NCBI GenBank assembly: GCA_043804695.1 | Contig: JAZDIV010000036.1 | Location: forward strand, 1-40,589 | Direction of reading: 5' to 3' | DNA: 40,589 nucleotides | From: PVC group bacterium | GTDB taxonomy: Bacteria; Auribacterota; Erginobacteria; Erginobacterales; Erginobacteraceae | Shown here: piece after piece, positions 1 to 6,700 of the stretch | How the letters are laid out: each line of letters begins with the position of its first letter | How positions within the stretch are numbered: position 1 is the stretch's first letter | Made by a program: the position numbers and the translations under genes | The notes under the pieces: generated by a model | What the model was told of the DNA's origin: nothing | What the model saw: the letters and a program-made list of their open reading frames with translations, nothing else | Database searches by the model: none

Positions 1-153
1 GCCTATACCTCGGCCAGAAACTTCCTGCTCTTCAGCGGCCAGATGGAGAAGAAGGGGGTCCCCCTGGAGAACTCGACAATATTGCTCTCCGTCCGGGACC
101 GGGGCAGATGGGGGGAGGTCTATTTTGGGAGTGCGTTACCGAAGGAGAGGTGA
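1..153 (+). CDS. 3' end of a gene entering from outside the window (unknown product)
   Basis: Frame 1 is open from base 1 (AYTSARNFLLFSGQMEKKGVPLENSTILLSVRDRGRWGEVYFGSALPKER) to TGA at 151-153, with GC-rich third positions. Confidence 0.6.
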   Translation, partial: AYTSARNFLLFSGQMEKKGVPLENSTILLSVRDRGRWGEVYFGSALPKER

Positions 154-285
154 TAAGCTATTTGCTGAAAACCCATTCTCATTTACCTGGGACGCCATTC
201 TCATTTAGGATGGGACGCGACAACCCGTTTCCCGGCTGATACCTCGACATGTAACGCATTAATCCCCAGTCAGTCCGGTAAGTGA

Positions 286-462
286 TCATGCACTCACCGG
301 CAGGGGGCTATTAATGGACAGAGGATGACGATTCTGCAGCTCGAGATTGATTTCGATCGAGCACAAGGGGCAAATGCCATGAGTAATAACTCCGGTGGGG
401 TGCGACGTCATCCACCTGCCGTCTTGCTTGATTTTTTTACACCATGCGCATTGTGTGGTCAT
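286..462 (-). CDS. 58-aa putative Zn-binding protein (CAWC...THGICPLC)
   Basis: ATG at 462 is preceded by the SD-like GGAGGGAG. The CxxCKK...HGICPxC pattern is one I recognise as a small C-terminal domain of many sensor/regulator proteins. A sigma54 promoter lies upstream. The ORF-track start at 528 has no SD. Confidence 0.7.
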   Translation of the reverse strand: MTTQCAWCKKIKQDGRWMTSHPTGVITHGICPLCSIEINLELQNRHPLSINSPLPVSA

Positions 463-537
463 TTTTCTCCCTCCTCTGAACGTACCAGGATAAGATAGTT
501 GCATTCCTGATGGTTTTCCAATCTTCAATCTTTAATT

Positions 538-554
538 AAGCAATAAGCATGCCA
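538..554 (-). promoter_or_regulatory. sigma54 (-24/-12) promoter for the 58-aa gene
   Basis: Minus strand reads TGGCATGCTTATTGCTT: GG-N10-GC, close to the TGGCAC-N5-TTGC consensus. An AT-rich tract lies upstream (about 600-640). Confidence 0.8.
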
Positions 555-756
555 ACACCATTCAAGAACGCCAACAAAATATACAATGCCTTGCACTGTA
601 AATAAATAGAATTCAATTATTTTTATTTCCACTTTTTATTGAAGCCATGCTCTTCTTCGCAATTGTCAACTCTGGTTTTCACATGACAACTCTGGTACGC
701 CCTCTTTCCGGATTTTGACAAACATTTCTCCGGTTACTAAACCGGAATGAACTAAA

Positions 757-802
757 AGTCAAACAACCGCCCCGCATTTCCATGCGGGGCGGTTGTTTGA
801 CT
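757..802 (-). terminator. Intrinsic terminator after the 673-aa gene
   Basis: Perfect 21-bp inverted repeat AGTCAAACAACCGCCCCGCAT-TTCC-ATGCGGGGCGGTTGTTTGACT, followed by a T-run on the minus strand, 15 nt after the stop codon. Confidence 0.85.
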
Positions 803-817
803 GGCCGCGTATTAACC

Positions 818-2839
818 TTATCTCAGTTTCAACAGGGGCACCATGGTAACGGTCGTGGATTTTGCCAGGGTTGGAGACGTGGTTATCTTCAGGGTTTCGG
901 TCGTTTTACTCTCTACGGCCGGCGATGAAGGGCTCTGAACACTGCTGCTTACTTTTACCGGGAGAAGCGCGGCCGGCTTTGATGCTGCTATGTCGAGCCG
1001 AGTCAAAATAACCGGTTTGATGTACGGATTCAACTGCGCCTGATCATAGTCATCACCGTTCCCGGATGAGCCGTTATCCGATATCCCGTCATTGTCCATA
1101 TCGGCACCGGGGTTGTCGGAGGAACTGTTGGGATCGTACCCCAGTTCCACTTCCTCACCGTCGGAATAGCCGTCCCCGTCGGTATCGGCCTTATCCGGGT
1201 TGGTGTTGTACTGATTCAACTCCTGCGCGTCGGTAAGACCGTCCCCGTCGGAATCATCGATCTGATCGGGCAGACCGTCTCCGTCGCTATCTGGTGTAGG
1301 AGCAAGCGGATTGGTGTCCCAATCAATCTCCTGGCCGTCGCTGAAGCCGTCATTATCACTGTCGGCATCCAGCGGATCGGTGCCTTCCATCAACTCCTCG
1401 CCATCCGCGAGGTAATCACCGTCGGTATCCCAGTCGGTGGGGTCGAGGCCGGCGGCCAGTTCCTCCTCATCAGTAAGGCCGTCGCCGTCTGAATCGTCAA
1501 TATCATCCGGGATGCCGTCTCCATCGAAATCGGGCCCATCCGAACGGGTACCGGCGTTGTTGCTCACTCCCGGGGTCCCCAGTTCAGTGGTGCCGTTATC
1601 CCAGCAGGAGGCCGGATGGGTGGATCCGTCTTTCCAGTCGAGATGATGCGTCCCGTCGATCGGGTTATCCACCCGCTCCATTGATTTCTTGGGAGAAGTA
1701 TTGGAACCGGCCAGAGGCGCGCCGCCGTCACCGGCGGTATCAAGAAGTGTCCGATACCAGCCGGCACCGGCGCCGTAGGTGTAATATTCCGATGTTTTTA
1801 GTTTTATCTGCAGGCCGGTATTGGAAAGCACAAAGTCGGTGACCTTGTCAGCTTCGTTTTTCAGGTTGCTCTGATCCGCGTGCCGGCGAGCCACCAAAAA
1901 ATAACTGTGGGGCTGAATCTCATCGTTGACGCTGAAGGTGACCGAAGTAATTTCAGAACCGCCATCGTCCTTCCGGGTTATGATCCAGTTTTTCAGTTTG
2001 ATGATGTTGGGGCTGCCGTTATAGATCTCGATCCACTCGTCGACGCTGCTTGACGCGGATCCCGCCCACATCAGTTCGCTGATATAGACCCTGAGACCAT
2101 TGTGGTTGAGATTCCTTAAAAACCAGGTGCATCCTTCCTGATCGTCATACGCGGTGGGATAAAAATCATCTTCGTTGGCGATCCCGTCGCCGTCGATATC
2201 CCAATCCTGATCATTGGGGATGCCGTCGTTGTCCGTATCATTGACGTTGGCATCGTCTTCATCCTGTACCCCGTCACCGTCAGCGTCTCCGGGGACACTA
2301 TTCTCGTCTTCAGGATCGGAACCGTACGCTTCCTCAACATGGCCGGGGACGCCGTCACCGTCATTGTCGAGATCCATGTGCCAGTTGGCGTCGCTGTCAT
2401 TGTACGGATTATCGAACCTGTCCTTGCTGTCCGTCCCGTAGAGAGCCTCCAGTGCATCCGGGTAACCGTCATCATCATCATCAGTATCCTGGGAATCGAT
2501 CACACCGTCGAAGTCCCAATCATTGATATAGACAGGGTCTGATCTCCAGTCATTGGGATTACTGCCCTGGGCATTTTCCAGCGCGTCCGGCCACTCGCCG
2601 TCGTTATCGGAATCAATCGGAGTGGATTCGGCCCAATCGGGGTCAGCGTTGTAACGCTCTTCCCAGATAGTAGGCCAGCCATCCTGATCAGGATCGGGAT
2701 CCACGACATACTGGCCCGCATAAGGATCGACCCAGTCGGCACAAACTGCGGCCGGGAGGCACCATAGTAATAAAAATGCCATAACCACCAGGCCCGGACT
2801 GAACAATTTCTTCACTCCCAGACAATACATATCTTTCAT
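818..2839 (-). CDS. Secreted Ca2+-binding protein: thrombospondin type-3-like repeats flanking a lamin-tail (LTD) domain, with a Ser/Thr/Pro-rich tail
   Basis: Signal peptide (..AFLLLWCLPAAVCA|D) and many DxDxDGxxD / DPxxxDTDGDG repeats. LTD signature VYISELMW...DEWIEIYN...SYFLVAR...LSNTG...SMER...GTPG. SD GAGGAG. Confidence 0.8.
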   Translation of the reverse strand: MKDMYCLGVKKLFSPGLVVMAFLLLWCLPAAVCADWVDPYAGQYVVDPDPDQDGWPTIWEERYNADPDWAESTPIDSDNDGEWPDALENAQGSNPNDWRSDPVYINDWDFDGVIDSQDTDDDDDGYPDALEALYGTDSKDRFDNPYNDSDANWHMDLDNDGDGVPGHVEEAYGSDPEDENSVPGDADGDGVQDEDDANVNDTDNDGIPNDQDWDIDGDGIANEDDFYPTAYDDQEGCTWFLRNLNHNGLRVYISELMWAGSASSSVDEWIEIYNGSPNIIKLKNWIITRKDDGGSEITSVTFSVNDEIQPHSYFLVARRHADQSNLKNEADKVTDFVLSNTGLQIKLKTSEYYTYGAGAGWYRTLLDTAGDGGAPLAGSNTSPKKSMERVDNPIDGTHHLDWKDGSTHPASCWDNGTTELGTPGVSNNAGTRSDGPDFDGDGIPDDIDDSDGDGLTDEEELAAGLDPTDWDTDGDYLADGEELMEGTDPLDADSDNDGFSDGQEIDWDTNPLAPTPDSDGDGLPDQIDDSDGDGLTDAQELNQYNTNPDKADTDGDGYSDGEEVELGYDPNSSSDNPGADMDNDGISDNGSSGNGDDYDQAQLNPYIKPVILTRLDIAASKPAALLPVKVSSSVQSPSSPAVESKTTETLKITTSPTLAKSTTVTMVPLLKLR

Positions 2840-3054
2840 TATCGTATCTCCTCTTGTTTTACCTTATTCTACACATCTATCCGATCCTACCGGCCCTCAT
2901 CCGGTTCCAGATGCGTTCGTCGATTCATTCTTTCATGCCTGCAATCTCGGCATCGGAGGGATCGTAAATCTTATTTTCTGGTCCTCACACTCATTACACC
3001 TCCTTTTCTTGCTTACCATTATCAACATTCACTCTTTGTCTTGCTGAATATAAC

Positions 3055-3072
3055 AAGCAAAAACCGTGCCAA
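3055..3072 (-). promoter_or_regulatory. sigma54 (-24/-12) promoter for the 673-aa gene
   Basis: Minus strand reads TTGGCACGGTTTTTGCTT, essentially perfect consensus. AT-rich tract at 3080-3135 upstream. Confidence 0.9.
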
Positions 3073-3561
3073 ACCACGTTCTTTAATGATAAATAATGAT
3101 AAAATAGTCATAATATTCTATTTTTAAATAGGTTATAGAAAACCAAGGGAACCTGCTTGTGGGAGAAAAAAGACGTTAGTTATTGCTGTTGATGGAAACC
3201 AGTGTTGATGGGTGACAACTTCCATACACATCCGCTGAAGATCCATAACCATTGATCGTATTTCCCCGCCCCGGTGAAGGGCAGGGATAACGCCTTTTGA
3301 TATACGAAGGAAGTGATTCAATGATCACGATATGAACCAGGGTGGAATGGGGCCCCCGGGCAAGCTCGTAGCCCCCATAATTCGGCGGATTATCCGCTTC
3401 GCGGGATGGCGGCATCCGCCGAAGCATGTTCTCGGATTCATCCCCGGGCAAGTCAGGGGTCTTCGGCGAAGCGGATAAAAAAAGTAACAACGAGAATATT
3501 CAACCCGACCAATCAGCTTGCCGGAAAGGCACACGAAGCCTTTAATGCTTTTTCCCGGGGG

Positions 3562-3595
3562 GGAAAAGCCGCCCCTCCATGAGGGACGGCTTTCC
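3562..3595. terminator. GC-rich hairpin, probable terminator downstream of the kinase-activator gene
   Basis: GGAAAAGCCGCCCCTC-CAT-GAGGGACGGCTTTCC imperfect stem with short A/T flanks. Confidence 0.45.
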
Positions 3596-3793
3596 TGTCG
3601 ACTTCGCGCGGGAGAATCAAAGGCGTAATAACCGCCTTCATCAGTTGCGATGGCCGGTTATCCGCCGGTATTTCCGGCCGGCATCCACCGCATCATGCCT
3701 GCACATTCACCCTCGAAATAACTATCCGGGGTCTCCCGGGGAATGGGTAGCGGATACAAAGAAGCGGTTACTACCCCGGGAAAAAGTATCCGG

Positions 3794-6700
3794 CTACGTC
3801 TCTACGCCTTCCGGTATTAACTTCTGAATTTTTTTGTACAGCCCATAGCGGCTTATCCCCATCTTGGCCGCCGCCTTGCTGACCTTTCCGCCGCACTCAT
3901 CGAGAACAGCCTGTATATACTTCTTCTCAAATTCTCCAACCGCTTCTTTAAGGGGCACGTTCAGTGGCAACGATCCTGATGGTGAAGTCGATCCACCCGC
4001 CCCGTTTTCGGCCGGCAGGATTTCAGGGAAAAGGGATGCCGGACCGATCGGCTGGCCGGGATCTGTCATCAATACCGCCCGCTGGATCACGTTCTCCAGT
4101 TCCCGGATATTCCCCGGAAAAGAATATTTCTCAATGGCTTCCATTGCTTCCGCGGTAAAACCTTTTATCTGCTTTTGCGCAGCCCGGTCATACTTATCCA
4201 GGAAGAAATAGGCTAATGCTTTTTTATCCTTCCTCTTCCGCAGGGGCGGCAAATTAATTTTCACCGTATTGAGCCGGTAGTAAAGATCGGACCGGAAGCG
4301 GCCGGATTTTATCTCAACGGTTAAATCCCTATTCGTGGCGGCGATTATTCTCACATCGACTTTCCTTTCCACGGTATCGCCGAGACGCCGGAAAGTCTGC
4401 CCTTCAATTACCCGCAGTAATTTTGCCTGGATAGCCGGAGTGGCTTCCGCGATCTCATCCAGGAAGAAAGTCGCCTGATCCGCCGCTTCCAGAATCCCTT
4501 TTTTGTCGCTGACTGCCCCGGTAAAAGCGCCTTTTTTATACCCGAATAGTTCGCTTTCCAGAAGATTTTCCGGCAGGGCGGCACAGTTCTGCTCGATAAA
4601 TACTCCATCGGCTCGCAGACTCCGGGAGTGAACAGCCCGGGCGATTATTCCCTTCCCGGTACCCGTCTCGCCCTGGAGCAGCACATTCGCCTCAGTGGGA
4701 GCAATCTGTTCAACCTGATTTAAAATGGACTGCATCTGGGAATCTTCAGCAATGATATTGGAGAAATGATGCTGGAGGGCGAAATCACGCTTCAGGTAAC
4801 GGTTCTCCTCGCTGATCCTCTCTTCGTCCTCCTTCACTTTCTCATACATCACCGCATTCTCCAGCGCCACCGCCGCCTGAGAAGCAAAGAGATGGAGCAG
4901 ATTCAGCTCCCGCTCCGTGAATAAACCTCTGGCAAACCGGTTGTCGACATAGATAACCCCGAGAAACTTTTTCTTGAACGTGACCGGGACACAGGCCACG
5001 GAACGTAAGCCGTAGGCTCTGATGCTGTCTTTTTCCTGCAATTCTTCCTGCGTCTGCGCGTTGGCAACCAGGATGGGAAACTGCCCGGCCGCGACTTTAT
5101 GAACAATCCCCCAGCTTATCTCATGTTTGTTGGAGCTGATGGATTTTTTATGAGAATTACGGGCGACTTTCACCTCCAGCTTGCCCTGGTCCTGCAGTAA
5201 TAAAAATCCCCGCTCCGCCCCGACCGCCTGATTGGCCAGATCGACAATTTTGACCAACAGTTTATCCAGCTCGAGAACCGAGGTTACCTGCCGGTATAAT
5301 TCCAGCAAACTTTCAAACGTACTGGCGTCGGACAGGAACATTCGTGACGGCGCCGCCTCGCTTGCCGGCTGGACCTTTTCTTCAAGTTCTTCCCCCATTA
5401 TTTCTCGGGTAATTTTTACCTCGTAGGTCGCGGCCATGTCCTTAAAGAGGCTGAGGGCTCTTTCCAGATATTCAATCGCCAGGCCGCGGTTTTTGGTCAG
5501 TAAAAATTTTCCATGGAACCGGTATGTCCGGGCCAGCTCAAATCGATACCCCTGGGATTGCAGAATCTGCTCCGCCGCGGTGAAACAGGATTGGACTTTT
5601 CTATCCTTACCAATCTGTTCGTAATACAGGGCCAGGGAGCGGAGATTTTCCGCCCGATTTCGCTTAATCCGGCCGGCCTGTTTTATCCCCTGCCGGCAAA
5701 GCCGGTGGATCTTCTCCAGTTGGGCATTTTTTTCACTATCCGAAAAAGATGCCAGTTTATCTTTATCGGAAAGATACAGTTCCGCCAGGTAGGCATAGGT
5801 GAGACTCTGCATCGTCGGAACAAGCTTATGTTTTTCTATCAATATCCGGCTTTCTTCCAGCTCCATCTCCGCTCGCTGTAAGTCGCCTTTACAGTGGTAC
5901 GCCCTTCCCAGAATCTGATGGGCTACCGCCCGCGGGTTGAGGAGTTCGGGAGAATTGGACACGGCGAGAGCCTGGCTTCCGTATTCTATCGCCAGATCAA
6001 GCTCACCCATCATCACCGAGACCAATGTTCTACCGTTCCAGGCATCGGTCACGGCTCGCCGATCTTCCATTTTTTCGGCCAGCGCGGCTAACTCGGTGAA
6101 TGTACTTGCCGCCCGGTGAAGATCCCCGATGAATATATAGCTCCAGGCGAGATAACGGAGAGCGTAGCCCAGTTCCAGCGGATCCCCCACCGATTTCCAG
6201 ATTTCAACCGATTCAACCAGCTTGGAAACCGCCTCCCTGCTCCGCCCCTGATTCATGAGGCAGTATCCGAGATAACTCAGGCATTGAGCAATCCCCCAGG
6301 AACGAGAGACCAGCTTCTCGTTGATCTTCCGGCTCTTTTCAATGAACTTCTCCGCTCGGGGAAATAACCCGATCTGGCTGCAGAGTAAGCCGTGCATGTC
6401 AAACGCCTGGGCCAGGTGTTCAGACTCACCCAGCTTCTGGGCCATGTTCAGCTGTCTCAGATTGCACCAGAGAGCGCGGGATAGATCGCCCAGAAAGAAG
6501 CAGACGTAGCTGGTCTGGCTAAACAGCCGGATACGTTCTATCAAAGAAAAGTCATCCCGGGATTTTTTCTTTTTCCTCTTGAAAAAATTCGATAAAAAAA
6601 CTCGAGCCGACAGGAGTGCCACCCAGTAACCGCTTCTCGTGATCAGGGCAAACTTATGCCGGGGAACCCCATAGCCGTACTCCTGGAGCGCCTGTTCATG

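Noticed and set aside
3505..3545. c-di-GMP-I riboswitch (GCCGGAAAGGC...ACGAAGCC)
   Set aside because: Only a GAAA-type hairpin is present. The GGCAAAC/ACGCAAAG core is missing and the orientation is opposite to the flanking genes.
3133..3827. Short ORFs between the activator and the secreted protein
   Set aside because: No SD or motifs, mutually overlapping, and they coincide with palindromic DNA and the putative enhancer region.
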